A DNA stretch of 32,000 nucleotides, taken from NCBI RefSeq assembly GCF_000007145.1, contig NC_003902.1:3296497-3328496 (forward strand), given 5' to 3'. The stretch's first letter is position 1; the number at the start of each line of letters is the position of its first letter. Source of the DNA: Xanthomonas campestris pv. campestris str. ATCC 33913 (GTDB taxonomy: Bacteria; Pseudomonadota; Gammaproteobacteria; Xanthomonadales; Xanthomonadaceae). The translations under genes were made by a program, and so were the position numbers. This document shows positions 10,103 to 20,063 of this stretch, in pieces. A model generated the notes under the pieces. That model did no database searches. It was not told the origin of the DNA and saw nothing but the letters and a program-made list of their open reading frames with translations.

Positions 10103-10616
10103 ACTGGCGTTTGCCGCACTGCTGCTGCCCGCATTGGCGATGGCCAAGACCAGCGATCGCAATCAGCCGATGACGATCGACTCCAACAGCAACGATTGCA
10201 ACATGCTCGATGACAGCGGCAAGTGCCGTTTCAGCGGCAAGGTGGTGATCACCCAGGGCACGCTGGAAATCCACGCCGACACCGCCGACATCTTCCAGAA
10301 GAACGGCCAGACCGACCGCGTAGTGCTCAACGGCAAGCAGGCCACGCTGAAGCAGGAGATGGACGACGGCGCGATGATGAACGGCCAGGCCGACAACATC
10401 GAATACAAGGTCGCCGACGAAATCATCATCCTCACCGGCAATTACAAGGTGGATTCGCCCAAGGGCACCAACGCTGGTCAGCGCATGGTCTACAACACCA
10501 AGACCGGCAACATGCAGAGCGGAGGCGACGGCAGCCGCGTGCGCACCATCATCCAGCCCAAGACTGCCGCGCCCGCCGCGGCGCCCGCACCGGCCAAGCC
10601 GCAGGGGAAGAAGTAA
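10080..10616 (+). CDS. lptA: LPS transport periplasmic protein LptA (OstA-like)
   Basis: Internal ATG 10080 gives [37 protein letters not shown]...[18 protein letters not shown] with a signal peptide and OstA N-terminal domain pattern. It overlaps the lptC 3' end by 23 nt. Confidence 0.88.
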   Translation: MNRMLPAKLAFAALLLPALAMAKTSDRNQPMTIDSNSNDCNMLDDSGKCRFSGKVVITQGTLEIHADTADIFQKNGQTDRVVLNGKQATLKQEMDDGAMMNGQADNIEYKVADEIIILTGNYKVDSPKGTNAGQRMVYNTKTGNMQSGGDGSRVRTIIQPKTAAPAAAPAPAKPQGKK

Positions 10617-11335
10617 TGCTGGTCGCCACCGGTCTGCGCAAGAAATACAAGCAGCGCGAAGTGGTCAAGGAGTTCGGCCTGACCCTGGAGGCCGGCGAAG
10701 TGGTCGGCCTGCTGGGCCCCAACGGTGCCGGCAAGACCACGTGCTTCTATATGATCGTCGGGCTGGTCGAGGCCGATGCCGGGCGTATCGAACTGGACGG
10801 CCGCGACCTCACCGCCGAGCCGATGTACGCGCGCGCCAAGCTCGGTGTGGGCTACCTGCCGCAGGAGCCGTCGGTGTTCCGCAAGCTCAGCGTGGCCGAC
10901 AACATCCGCCTGGTGCTGGAACTGCGCGACGACCTCGACGGGCCAGGCCAGGAGAAAGAACTGGCCTCGCTGCTGGAAGAGCTGCAGATCACCCACGTGG
11001 CCGACCAGCTGGGCGCCAGCCTGTCCGGCGGCGAGCGGCGCCGTTGCGAGATCGCCCGCGCGCTGGCCGCCAAACCGCGCATGATGCTGCTCGATGAACC
11101 GTTCGCCGGCGTGGACCCGATTTCGGTCGGCGAGATCCAGCGCATCGTCATCCACCTCAAGGAACGCGGCATCGGCGTGTTGATCACCGATCACAACGTG
11201 CGCGAGACCTTGGGAATCTGCGACCGCGCGTATATCCTCGCCGAGGGGGGCGTGCTGGCGCAGGGGGCACCGGACGCTTTGCTCAACAATCCCGACGTGC
11301 GGCGCGTCTATCTGGGGGACACCTTCCGCCTTTGA
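10616..11335 (+). CDS. lptB: LPS export ABC transporter ATP-binding protein LptB
   Basis: [42 protein letters not shown] (Walker A), [15 protein letters not shown] (signature) and [13 protein letters not shown] (Walker B). The ATG shares its A with the lptA TAA (TAATG). Confidence 0.96.
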   Translation: MLVATGLRKKYKQREVVKEFGLTLEAGEVVGLLGPNGAGKTTCFYMIVGLVEADAGRIELDGRDLTAEPMYARAKLGVGYLPQEPSVFRKLSVADNIRLVLELRDDLDGPGQEKELASLLEELQITHVADQLGASLSGGERRRCEIARALAAKPRMMLLDEPFAGVDPISVGEIQRIVIHLKERGIGVLITDHNVRETLGICDRAYILAEGGVLAQGAPDALLNNPDVRRVYLGDTFRL

Positions 11336-11374
11336 GCGCGCCGCCGCGCCATAGGTCATCCAGCTAGTGTCCGC

Positions 11375-12811
11375 ATGAAAGCCCGGCTCCAGACATCGTT
11401 AGGACAGCAGTTGGTCATGACGCCGCAATTGCGTCAGGCGATCAAACTATTGCAGATGTCCACCACCGAGCTGGAAGTGGAAATCGCCGAAGCGGTGGAG
11501 ACCAATCCACTGCTGGAGTGGGCCGACGAAGCCGCGCACGCGGCCAGCGAGGCGCCGGTCGAACCGTCGCCCTCCGCCTCCAACGAAGAACGCCAACGCG
11601 ACGAGCCGGCGCCTGCCGAGCGCGACGACGACTGGTCGCAGGACGAGCTGCAATGGACCGGCACTGGCAGTGGCGGCAGCTTCGACGATGACGACAACGG
11701 CGACGCCGCCGAACGCGTGGCCGAGTCCGAAACCCTGGCCGACCACCTGTTGTGGCAGTTGCACCTGTCACCGCTGTCGCCAAGGGACCGCCAGATCGGC
11801 GCGATCCTGATCGATGCCCTGGACGAAGACGGCTACCTGCGCGAGCCGCTCAGCGCGATTCTGGAGACGCTCAACCTCGGCAACGTGGACGAGGCCGAAG
11901 TGCTCACCGTGCTGCACCAGATCCAGCGCTTCGACCCGGTGGGCATCGGCGCACGCTCGCTGGGCGAATGTCTGGCGCTGCAGCTGCAGGTGCTCGATGC
12001 GGCGACGCCTGCGCGCGAGCTGGCGCTGCAGATCGTGGCCGGGCCGCTGGAGCGGCTGCCGCGCAGCGGCATTGCCGGCCTGGCCCACGAACTCAAGCGC
12101 TCTGCCGCCGATGTCGAGCAGGCCGTGCAGCTGGTGCGCTCGCTGGACCCGCGCCCGGGCAAGCAGATCAGCGCGCTGTCGCAGGACACCTATGTGGTGC
12201 CGGACTGTGTGATCTGGCGCCAGCGCGGCGTCTGGCGCGCCGCCCTGGCCGGCCGCGCGCAACCCAAGGTGACCATCCACCGCGGCTACGAGCAACTGAT
12301 CCGCAGCTGCGGCGAATCCGACGCCGGCTACCTGCGTGGCCAACTGCAGGAAGCGCGCTGGCTGCTCAAGAGCCTGGAGGCGCGCGGCGAAACCCTGCTG
12401 CGGGTGGTGCGCTGCCTGCTGCAGCACCAGGCCGGGTTCCTGGAGTTCGGTGCGCAGGCGCTGCGCCCGCTGACCCTGCGCGAGATCGCCGGTGAGTTGG
12501 GCCTGCACGAATCGACGATTTCGCGTGCCATCGCCCGCAAGTACGTACGCACGCCGCGCGGCACCATCCCGCTGCGCTCGTTCTTTGCCTCCGGCATCGA
12601 CACCGACAGCGGCGGCGAGGCCTCCAGCACGGCGATCCAGGCGATGATCCGGCGCCTGATCGATGCGGAAAACCCGCGCAAACCCTTGTCGGACGCCAAG
12701 TTGGCAGATCTGTTGAAAACTTCCGGCGTACCAGTAGCGCGCCGAACCGTTGCGAAGTATCGTGAGGCCATGAACATTTCCGCCTCCCACGAACGCGTGC
12801 GCATCGCCTGA
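11375..12811 (+). CDS. rpoN: RNA polymerase sigma-54 factor
   Basis: 478 aa. MKARLQTSLGQQLVMTPQLRQAIKLLQMSTTELEVEI is region I, followed by an acidic region II and the C-terminal RpoN box ARRTVAKYREAM. Confidence 0.97.
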   Translation: MKARLQTSLGQQLVMTPQLRQAIKLLQMSTTELEVEIAEAVETNPLLEWADEAAHAASEAPVEPSPSASNEERQRDEPAPAERDDDWSQDELQWTGTGSGGSFDDDDNGDAAERVAESETLADHLLWQLHLSPLSPRDRQIGAILIDALDEDGYLREPLSAILETLNLGNVDEAEVLTVLHQIQRFDPVGIGARSLGECLALQLQVLDAATPARELALQIVAGPLERLPRSGIAGLAHELKRSAADVEQAVQLVRSLDPRPGKQISALSQDTYVVPDCVIWRQRGVWRAALAGRAQPKVTIHRGYEQLIRSCGESDAGYLRGQLQEARWLLKSLEARGETLLRVVRCLLQHQAGFLEFGAQALRPLTLREIAGELGLHESTISRAIARKYVRTPRGTIPLRSFFASGIDTDSGGEASSTAIQAMIRRLIDAENPRKPLSDAKLADLLKTSGVPVARRTVAKYREAMNISASHERVRIA

Positions 12812-12898
12812 CGTTGCAACCACCGCAACGCCGGCCTGTGCCGGGTTCGCCGGACCACCGGAAAGGTTCATTGGCCCACCGACCAATGGAGGTATCCG

Positions 12899-13216
12899 AT
12901 GCGTATCGAGACGTATGGCCACCAGCTTGAAGTGACCCCCGCCCTGCGGGACTACGTGGCAAGCAAGCTGCAGCGCCTGCAGCGCCACTTCGACCAGCAC
13001 TGTGAAGTCCGAACCCAGCTGGCCGTCCGCAAGCCAGACCACCATGTGGTTGCCACCGTCAACCTCCCCGGCCGCACTCTGCACGCCGATGCCAGCGGTT
13101 CCACCATGTACGCCGCCATCGACCTGTTGGTCGACAAGCTCGACCGCCTGGTGCTCAAGCACAAAGAGAAGAAATGTAACCACCACGCCCGCGAGGTGCG
13201 CGACAATCCCGCATGA
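12899..13216 (+). CDS. hpf: Ribosome hibernation promoting factor / sigma-54 modulation protein
   Basis: MRIETYGHQLEVTPALRDYVASKLQRLQRHFD... is the typical short HPF/YhbH N-terminus. GGAGG lies 7 nt upstream. The gene is positioned after rpoN. Confidence 0.92.
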   Translation: MRIETYGHQLEVTPALRDYVASKLQRLQRHFDQHCEVRTQLAVRKPDHHVVATVNLPGRTLHADASGSTMYAAIDLLVDKLDRLVLKHKEKKCNHHAREVRDNPA

Positions 13217-13237
13217 CGCTTCTCGCTTGATGCCCTC

Positions 13238-13696
13238 ATGCCTTTAACCGATCTGATGGCGGCCGTGCGCACCATGGTGTCGCCGGCCGCCGATCGCGAC
13301 ACCGTCCTGCATACCGCCGCCGAGCTGCTGTCCTGCCGCCAGGCCGGTACCGACGAACTGTTTGCCAACCTGTGCGAGCGCGAAGCCCTTGGCAGCACCG
13401 CCATCGGCCACGGCATTGCCATTCCGCACGGGCGCTGCCCCAACCTCACCGAACCACGTGGCGCCTTGCTGCGGCTGCAGACGCCGGTGGAGTTCGGCGC
13501 CGAAGAAGCCGTGGACCTGGTGTTTGCGATGGCGGTGCCGGCGCACTACACGCATCAGCACCTGATGCTGTTGTCGGAACTGGCCGAGCGCTTTTCTGAC
13601 AGCCATTTTCGCCAGCAGCTGCGCGCCGCGCCCGATGCGCAAGCGCTGATGGCGCTGCTGACTGAGGTACCGCCTCCACACGCGAGCGCCGCATGA
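13238..13696 (+). CDS. ptsN: PTS IIA-Ntr (nitrogen regulatory EIIA)
   Basis: 152 aa with [19 protein letters not shown], the phosphorylatable His context of the EIIA(Fru/Ntr) family. Synteny after hpf supports the call. Confidence 0.9.
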   Translation: MPLTDLMAAVRTMVSPAADRDTVLHTAAELLSCRQAGTDELFANLCEREALGSTAIGHGIAIPHGRCPNLTEPRGALLRLQTPVEFGAEEAVDLVFAMAVPAHYTHQHLMLLSELAERFSDSHFRQQLRAAPDAQALMALLTEVPPPHASAA

Positions 13697-14643
13697 ATAC
13701 CAGCATCACCGCACGTGAACTGTTCGACCAGCAGCGCGACAAGCTGGCACTGCGCTGGGTTGCGGGGCAAAAGGGGGAACACCGCGAGATCCAGGCCGGC
13801 AGCAATAATGCGCGCCGGCCCTCGCTGGCCGGCTATCTCAATGTGATCTATCCGAACAAGGTGCAGATCCTCGGTACCGAGGAGCTGGCCTGGCTGGATT
13901 CGCTGGATGCGCGGCAACGCTGGGAGACGATCGAAAAGATCATCCAGGTGCAGCCGCTGGCACTGGCGATCAGCAAGAACCAGTCCTGCCCGGAAGATCT
14001 GCGCGCGGCGGCGGATGAATCCAATACGCCGCTGTGGATCTCGCCCAAGCGCGGCCATGAGCTGCTCAATCATCTGTCCTACCACCTTGCGCGCACGCTG
14101 GCGCCGCGGGTCACGCTGCATGGCGTGTTCATGGAGATCTATTCGATCGGCGTATTGATCACCGGCGAAGCCGGCTCGGGCAAGAGCGAACTGGCGCTGG
14201 AACTGCTCAGCCGCGGGCACCGCCTGGTGGCCGACGACGCACCGGAATTCACCCAGATCGCGCCGGACGTACTCGACGGCACCTGCCCCGAGCTGTTGCA
14301 GGATCTGCTGGAAGTGCGCGGCCTGGGCGTGTTGAACGTGCGCGACATGTTCGGCGACACCGCGGTGAAGAAGAACAAGTACCTGCGCCTGATCGTGCAC
14401 CTGACCCGGCCGATGACCGAGCCCACGCCTTCCGGCTATGAGCGCCTGACCGGTGATTCCGGCAGCCGCCACGTGCTGGATCTGGACGTGCCGCTGATCA
14501 CCCTGCCGGTGATGCCCGGCCGCAACCTGGCCGTGCTGACCGAGGCGGCCACCCGCCTGCACATCCTGCGCACCAAGGGCATCGACCCGGCGGCGATGTT
14601 CATCGCCCGCCACAGCAACCTGCTGGAGCGACGCACCCCATGA
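13693..14643 (+). CDS. hprK: HPr kinase/phosphorylase
   Basis: 316 aa with [29 protein letters not shown] (P-loop and HprK signature). The ATG overlaps the ptsN stop (ATGA at 13693-13696). Confidence 0.93.
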   Translation: MNTSITARELFDQQRDKLALRWVAGQKGEHREIQAGSNNARRPSLAGYLNVIYPNKVQILGTEELAWLDSLDARQRWETIEKIIQVQPLALAISKNQSCPEDLRAAADESNTPLWISPKRGHELLNHLSYHLARTLAPRVTLHGVFMEIYSIGVLITGEAGSGKSELALELLSRGHRLVADDAPEFTQIAPDVLDGTCPELLQDLLEVRGLGVLNVRDMFGDTAVKKNKYLRLIVHLTRPMTEPTPSGYERLTGDSGSRHVLDLDVPLITLPVMPGRNLAVLTEAATRLHILRTKGIDPAAMFIARHSNLLERRTP

Positions 14644-15512
14644 GCATTGCCGCGTCCACCTTGATGATCGTCAGCGGGTTGTCCGGCTCCGGCAAGTCGG
14701 TGGCGCTGAAGACCTTCGAAGACCTCGACTATTACTGTTCGGACAATCTGCCGGTCGAGTTGCTGCCGGACTTTGTGCGCAGCCGGCTGCGGGGCAACCC
14801 GCTCGGCGACCAGCGCCTGGCAGTGGGCATCGATGTGCGCAGCCGCAGCGACCTGACCCAGCTGGCGCAGTGGCGGCAGGCCGCGCAGGAATACGGCATC
14901 GAGGCACGCCTGCTGTTTTTCGAAGCCAGCGACGAAGCCCTGCTCAAGCGTTACGCCGATACCCGCCGCCGCCATCCGCTCAGCCAGCTCGGCCTGGCGT
15001 TGCCGGAAGCGATCACCCGCGAGCGCGAATTGACCGCGCCGCTGCGTGCGCAGGCCGATGCCATCATCGATACCAGCGCGCTCAACGTGCACCAACTGCG
15101 CCGACGCGTTGTCACCGAGTTCGCGCTGGGCAACAGCGACCGCTTGTCGCTGCTGTTCGAATCCTTCGCCTACAAGCGCGGCGTGCCGGCCGAGGCCGAC
15201 TTCGTGTTCGATGCGCGTGTGCTGCCCAACCCGCACTGGGACCCGGAGCTGCGCCCACTCACCGGCCGCGATGCCGGCGTGCGCGATTACCTGGACAAGG
15301 AGCCGGACGTGATCCGCTATTCGGCGCAGATCGTGGACCTGCTCGATACCTGGCTGCCGCGCCTGCGCAACGACACCCGCAGCTACGTCACCATCGCGTT
15401 CGGCTGCACCGGCGGCAAGCACCGCTCGGTGTATCTGGCCGAACGCATGGCCCGGCATGCGCGCGAACAGGGCTGGCCGGAAGTGGCGACGTTTCATCGC
15501 GAGCAGGATTGA
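14640..15512 (+). CDS. rapZ: RNase adapter / nucleotide-binding protein RapZ (YhbJ)
   Basis: [38 protein letters not shown]...[17 protein letters not shown] are RapZ hallmark N- and C-terminal motifs. The ATG overlaps the hprK stop (ATGA). Confidence 0.93.
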   Translation: MSIAASTLMIVSGLSGSGKSVALKTFEDLDYYCSDNLPVELLPDFVRSRLRGNPLGDQRLAVGIDVRSRSDLTQLAQWRQAAQEYGIEARLLFFEASDEALLKRYADTRRRHPLSQLGLALPEAITRERELTAPLRAQADAIIDTSALNVHQLRRRVVTEFALGNSDRLSLLFESFAYKRGVPAEADFVFDARVLPNPHWDPELRPLTGRDAGVRDYLDKEPDVIRYSAQIVDLLDTWLPRLRNDTRSYVTIAFGCTGGKHRSVYLAERMARHAREQGWPEVATFHREQD

Positions 15513-15517
15513 ATCTC

Positions 15518-15566
15518 GGGATTGGGGAATCGGGATTCGGGAATCGGGAATCGGGAATCGGGAATC
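15518..15566. repeat. Heptanucleotide microsatellite (GGGAATC)n, 7 units
   Basis: GGGATTG GGGAATC GGGATTC GGGAATC GGGAATC GGGAATC GGGAATC starts 6 nt after the rapZ stop codon. Four consecutive units are perfect. Confidence 0.95.
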
Positions 15567-16019
15567 GTTGAAGCGTTGTGCTGCGGTCTGCGCCGCGGCT
15601 GGTCAGCTGGAGGGAGCCTTGCGTTTGCCTGATGCGGCTACTGTGCGCGCTTGATGTGATTGGGCGTCGCGGAGCAGAGCGTGCGCCCGACGCATTTATT
15701 GCATTGCTCCATCTCCACGCGGTCGACCGCGCTGACCCAAGCGATAGGGGTCGGCACGCATGGCGAATTGGAAACACGGCAAAGGCATCGCCAAGTAGCG
15801 CAGGCTACGAGCATCGCCGCTGATCAACCCACTGCAGCGCTCGCTTGCCGCAATACCGGTGCAGACGCAACGGACGTCACATCGTCACGCTGTCAGCGGA
15901 GCGCGCATCGCCTGCAATCCACGCCCAACTGCAGCAGGCTAAACGCCCATTCATTTCGCAACACATCGGTGCCCGGCAAACGCTATCGCGTGGTCATGCT
16001 GACCTGTTAACGTTTCGGC

Positions 16020-16412
16020 ATGGCCTGTGGCATTCTCCTCATTACTCATCCCGGCATCGGCGCAGCGTTCTTGGACGTGGCGACGGGGCTGTTGCGGCAT
16101 TTGCCGTTGAAGACCGAATCCTTCGAGGTTCCGCTCGATGCAGACCTGGACGCGTTATTGCCCCAGGCCTCGGCAGCGATGCGTCGGGTCGACAGCGGCG
16201 ACGGCGTGTTGGTCATGACCGACCTGTACGGCGCCAGCCCCAGCAATCTCGCCAGTCGGCTGGCCAAGCTGGGCACCCCGGTTCGCCGTGTGTCTGCGCT
16301 CAGCCTGCCCATGCTGCTGCGGGTGATGAACTACCCCGAACAAGGTTTGCAGGAGCTGCCCGCCACCGCGGCGGCCGGTACCCGCAACGGAGCGATCATC
16401 GACGATGCTTGA
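16020..16412 (+). CDS. PTS EIIA component, mannose/fructose (EIIA-Man) family
   Basis: MACGILLITHPGIGAAFLDV...VLVMTDLYGASPSN is the EIIA-Man fold pattern, with the conserved His in the ITH motif near the N-terminus. No adjacent EIIB/C/D gene is present. Confidence 0.85.
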   Translation: MACGILLITHPGIGAAFLDVATGLLRHLPLKTESFEVPLDADLDALLPQASAAMRRVDSGDGVLVMTDLYGASPSNLASRLAKLGTPVRRVSALSLPMLLRVMNYPEQGLQELPATAAAGTRNGAIIDDA

Positions 16413-16674
16413 ACGCGAACTCATAGTTTCCAATCGACTGGGACTGCATGCGCGGGCAACCGCCAAGCTGGTGCAGACGCTGTCGTCCTTCCGCGCCAAC
16501 GCCACGCTGGCGGCCAAGGGCCGCGAAGTGAATGCCAAGAGCATCATGGGCGTAATGCTACTGGCTGCCGGCCAGGGCACCAGCGTAATGGTGCGCCTGG
16601 ATGGCGAAGACGAGGCCGAGGCGCTGCAGGCGTTGGTGGACCTGTTCGAGCGCCGATTCGACGAGGACAGCTGA
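16405..16674 (+). CDS. ptsH: Phosphocarrier protein HPr/NPr
   Basis: 89 aa MLERELIVSNRLGLHARATAKLV...VNAKSIMGVMLLAAGQG contains both the His-15 (GLHARA) and the Ser-46 (KSIMG) contexts. It overlaps the EIIA-Man 3' end by 8 nt. Confidence 0.93.
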   Translation: MLERELIVSNRLGLHARATAKLVQTLSSFRANATLAAKGREVNAKSIMGVMLLAAGQGTSVMVRLDGEDEAEALQALVDLFERRFDEDS

Positions 16675-16732
16675 GCATGCGCTGCGTCGGTGCCGTGCTG
16701 ACCGACACGGCGCGGCTGCGCCAAGGCCGCGC

Positions 16733-18463
16733 ATGAGTCTGCGCTTGCGCGGACATGCCGCCTCGCGCGGTAACGCATTGGGGCGCGCCCGCGTCCGCCA
16801 GAGCCACACACTGGAGGTGGCCGAGCAACGCGTGCCGGCCAACCAGGTCGAAACGCAGCTGCAGCGTCTGCACGCGGCCATTGCCGCCGCACGCACCGAG
16901 ATGCAGCAACTGCGCGACCGCCTGCATGGCGCGCTGGCCCGCGAAGTGGGCGAATTCCTCGAACTGCACGCGCTGTTACTGGACGACCCGGAACTGCTGC
17001 AGGGGCTAGACGATCTGATTCGCACGCACCGCTACAGCGCCGACTACGCGCTGCGCGTGCAACGCGATCGTCTGGCGGCGGTGTTCGACGGCATGGAAGA
17101 TGCCTACCTGCGCAGCCGCATGGACGATCTGGACCATGTGATCGGGCGCATCCATGCGTTTTTGCACAAGCGCGCGCCGGACCTCAAGGGCGTGGCCGGC
17201 GAGATCCTGGTGTGCGACAACGTGGCACCGTCGGAGCTGGCGCAGCTGCAGGCGCAAGGCGTGGTCGGCATCGTCACCACTGCCGGCAGTGCGCTCTCGC
17301 ATAGCGCGATCCTGGCGCGCAGCCTGCACCTGCCCTTGGTGGTCGGCGTGGCCGACGCGGTGCAGCGGGTCAACGATGGCGACGTGCTGATCGTCGATGC
17401 CGGCTCCGGCCAGGTCATCGTCGACCCCACGCCCGAGCATCTGCGCGACTACCGCGAGCGCCTGCGCACGCTGGCCAAGGAACAACGCGAACTGGGCCGG
17501 TTGCGCTCCAAGCCGACCCGCACGCGCGACAACGTCGACATCACCCTGCTGGCCAATGCCGAGTCGCTGGAAGACGTGGCCAAGGCGCATGCGCTGGGCG
17601 CGAGCGGGCTGGGGCTGTACCGCACCGAATTCCTGTTCCTGCAGCGCAACGAGCTGCCGGACGAAGACGAGCAGTTCCACACTTACCGCGACACCGTGCT
17701 GGGCATGAGCGGCCGGCCGGTGACCATCCGTACGCTGGATCTGGGCGCGGACAAGGCCGACCGCACCGGGCTCACCCTGAGCGATGAGGACAACCCGGCG
17801 CTGGGCCTGCGCGGGGTGCGCCTGTCGCTTGCCCGGCCGGCGGTGGCCCAGGCACAGCTGCGCGCGATCCTGCGCGCGTCCGGCTACGGCCCGGTGCGCA
17901 TCCTGGTGCCGATGGTCAGCGGGCGCGAGGAAATCCTGTTGGTGCGCAAACAGCTGAAAAAGCTCACCGCGCAGCTGCGCGACGAAGGCCACGAGATCGC
18001 CGAGCACATTCCGCTCGGCGCGATGATCGAGGTGCCGGCGGCGGCATTGGCGCTGGACTGCTTCATCGACGACATCGACTTTTTGTCGATCGGCACCAAC
18101 GACCTGGTGCAATACCTGCTGGCGGTGGACCGCAACAACGAAGCGCTAGGCGAGCTGTATTCGCCGTTGCATCCGGCGGTGCTGCGATTGATTGCGCAGG
18201 TCATCGCCACCGGGCGGGCGCACAACAAGCCGGTGGCCGTGTGTGGCGAAATCGCCGGCGACCCGCGCTTCGTGGCGATGCTGCTGGCGTTGGGCCTCAC
18301 CGAGTTCAGCCTGCATCCGGCCACCTTGCTGGAAGTACGCCGCGCGGTGCGCGACCTGCATCTGGGCCAGTTGCGCGTGCACGGCGAAAAACTGCTGCGC
18401 GCGCGCGACCGCAAGAGCATCGAAAAATGGCTGGCAAGCGTGGCGCAAGGCCTGCTGCACTGA
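16733..18463 (+). CDS. ptsI: Phosphoenolpyruvate-protein phosphotransferase (Enzyme I, no GAF domain)
   Basis: The internal ATG 16733 of track ORF 16601..18463 gives 576 aa: MSLRLRGHAASRGNALGRARV..., the phospho-His region TTAGSALSHSAILARSLHLP, and LGLYRTEFLF, IRTLDLGADK, FLSIGTNDL and AVCGEIAGDP from the PEP-utilising domain. Confidence 0.93.
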   Translation: MSLRLRGHAASRGNALGRARVRQSHTLEVAEQRVPANQVETQLQRLHAAIAAARTEMQQLRDRLHGALAREVGEFLELHALLLDDPELLQGLDDLIRTHRYSADYALRVQRDRLAAVFDGMEDAYLRSRMDDLDHVIGRIHAFLHKRAPDLKGVAGEILVCDNVAPSELAQLQAQGVVGIVTTAGSALSHSAILARSLHLPLVVGVADAVQRVNDGDVLIVDAGSGQVIVDPTPEHLRDYRERLRTLAKEQRELGRLRSKPTRTRDNVDITLLANAESLEDVAKAHALGASGLGLYRTEFLFLQRNELPDEDEQFHTYRDTVLGMSGRPVTIRTLDLGADKADRTGLTLSDEDNPALGLRGVRLSLARPAVAQAQLRAILRASGYGPVRILVPMVSGREEILLVRKQLKKLTAQLRDEGHEIAEHIPLGAMIEVPAAALALDCFIDDIDFLSIGTNDLVQYLLAVDRNNEALGELYSPLHPAVLRLIAQVIATGRAHNKPVAVCGEIAGDPRFVAMLLALGLTEFSLHPATLLEVRRAVRDLHLGQLRVHGEKLLRARDRKSIEKWLASVAQGLLH

Positions 18464-18606
18464 GTTGCGCCACACCCGCGCCCGCAGCGCGCGGGCACCG
18501 CTGCACCTGCACTGTATGTTTCGTCACCGTGCGCAAGCGATAATGCCCTGCTGATCCAGCACCGCGGCCTCTGAAGAGACGCGTTCACTCCACCAGGGAG
18601 CCGCGC

Positions 18607-19968
18607 ATGGCCGAAGCCGTCCGCCACGACAAGACCGCGCGCCAGCTACGCCTGCTGTCCGACGCGCTGGACAGCGGGCGTCTCGGGCCGGTGCGTCGGT
18701 TGGTCAACACGTTGGCGCCGGCGGAGATCGGCAACCTGCTGGAATCACTGCCGCCGGGCAAGCGCGAGGTGGTGTGGGGGCTGGTCGACCCGGAAGACGA
18801 TGGCGAGGTGCTGCTGCACGTCGGCGATGAAGTACGCGAAAGCCTGCTCGCCGACATGGACCCGGACGAAATCGTCGCCGCGGTCGAAGATCTGGACATC
18901 GACGACCTGGCCAACCTGGTCGAGGACCTGCCCGATACCGTCATCGACGAAGTGCTCAAGTCGATGGACCGCGAGAACCGCGAGCGGTTGGAACAGGTGC
19001 TTTCGTATCCGGAAGACACCGCCGGGCGCCTGATGAACCCGGACGTGGTGACGGTGCGCGCCGACGTCAACGTGGACGTGGTGCTGCGCTACCTGCGCCT
19101 GCGCGGCGAGCTGCCCGACCACACCGATCACCTGTACGTGGTGAGCCGGCGCCACCAGTATCTGGGCCGGGTGCCATTGGCGGCGCTGGTCACCCATGAA
19201 GACAGCACGCCGGTCAATCGGCTGATCGACGACGAGCAGCCGGCGATCGATGTCGGCGATGGGTCGGACGAAGTGGCGCGCCGCTTCTCCGACCATGACT
19301 GGATCTCCGCCCCAGTGGTGGACGACAACAACATCCTGCTCGGCCGCATCACCATCGATGACGTGGTCGATATCATCCGCGAGCAGGCCGAGCACCAGGC
19401 GTTGAGCGCCGCCGGCCTGGACGAGGACGAGGACATGTTCAGCCCAGCGCGGCGCGCGTTCCGCCGCCGCCTGATCTGGCTGGGCATCAACCTGTGCACC
19501 GCGTTCCTGGCCTCCAGCGTGGTCAGCCAGTTCGAAGGCACCATCGAAAAACTGGTCGCGCTGGCGGCGTTGATGCCGATCGTGGCCGGCATGGGCGGCA
19601 ATGCCGGCACCCAGGTGCTGGCACTGATGGTGCGCGGCCTGGCGCTGGGGCAGATCGGCTCGTCCAACGTGATGACCTTGCTCAAGAAGGAACTGACCGT
19701 GGCGCTTATCAACGGCATGGTGCTGGGCATCGGGCTGGGCGTGATTGTGCTGGTGTGGTTCCGCCAACCGATGCTGTCGCTGGTGATCGGCACCGCATTG
19801 ACCTTGAACATGCTCACCGCCGCGTTTGGTGGCGTGCTGGTGCCGGTGACGCTGAAGCGGCTGGGCTTCGACCCCGCGCTGGCGGGCGGCGTGATCCTGA
19901 CCACGCTGACCGATGTGATGGGCTTTTTGAGCTTCCTCGGCCTGGCCACCTTGATCCTGCTGCGCTGA
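18607..19968 (+). CDS. mgtE: Magnesium transporter MgtE
   Basis: 453 aa with an N-domain, a CBS pair and a C-terminal 5-TM domain containing MPIVAGMGGNAGTQ and TDVMGFLSFLGLA. GGGAG lies 7 nt upstream of the ATG. Confidence 0.95.
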   Translation: MAEAVRHDKTARQLRLLSDALDSGRLGPVRRLVNTLAPAEIGNLLESLPPGKREVVWGLVDPEDDGEVLLHVGDEVRESLLADMDPDEIVAAVEDLDIDDLANLVEDLPDTVIDEVLKSMDRENRERLEQVLSYPEDTAGRLMNPDVVTVRADVNVDVVLRYLRLRGELPDHTDHLYVVSRRHQYLGRVPLAALVTHEDSTPVNRLIDDEQPAIDVGDGSDEVARRFSDHDWISAPVVDDNNILLGRITIDDVVDIIREQAEHQALSAAGLDEDEDMFSPARRAFRRRLIWLGINLCTAFLASSVVSQFEGTIEKLVALAALMPIVAGMGGNAGTQVLALMVRGLALGQIGSSNVMTLLKKELTVALINGMVLGIGLGVIVLVWFRQPMLSLVIGTALTLNMLTAAFGGVLVPVTLKRLGFDPALAGGVILTTLTDVMGFLSFLGLATLILLR

Positions 19969-20063
19969 GCCAATGACGCGCGCCGGGCCCTCGCCGCAAC
20001 GCGACATGCCGCGACACGCGTTGGCGGCGATACTGCAGGCCTGTCTTTGCCAGGGAGTGCTGC

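Noticed and set aside
15518-15566. Possibility that the short tandem repeats after rapZ are a CRISPR array.
   Set aside because: The units are 7 nt, contiguous and without spacers, so this is a microsatellite, not a repeat-spacer array. No cas genes are in the window.
15570-16019. Sigma-54 (-24/-12, TGGCAC-N5-TTGC) promoter in front of the EIIA-Man/ptsH/ptsI unit, given the adjacent rpoN.
   Set aside because: Every TGGC/GG occurrence was checked by eye. None has GC at the required GG-N10-GC spacing with flanking consensus (for example CCGGCAAACGCTATCGC is off by one). The same holds for TGGCACGACCCACCTCGCA at about 5870.
18464-18606. Mg2+-sensing (M-box) riboswitch upstream of mgtE.
   Set aside because: The leader is only 143 nt, which is too short. 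It lacks the conserved M-box core helices as far as I can see, and that riboswitch class is mainly found in Firmicutes. The GC hairpin at 18475-18495 has no U-tract.
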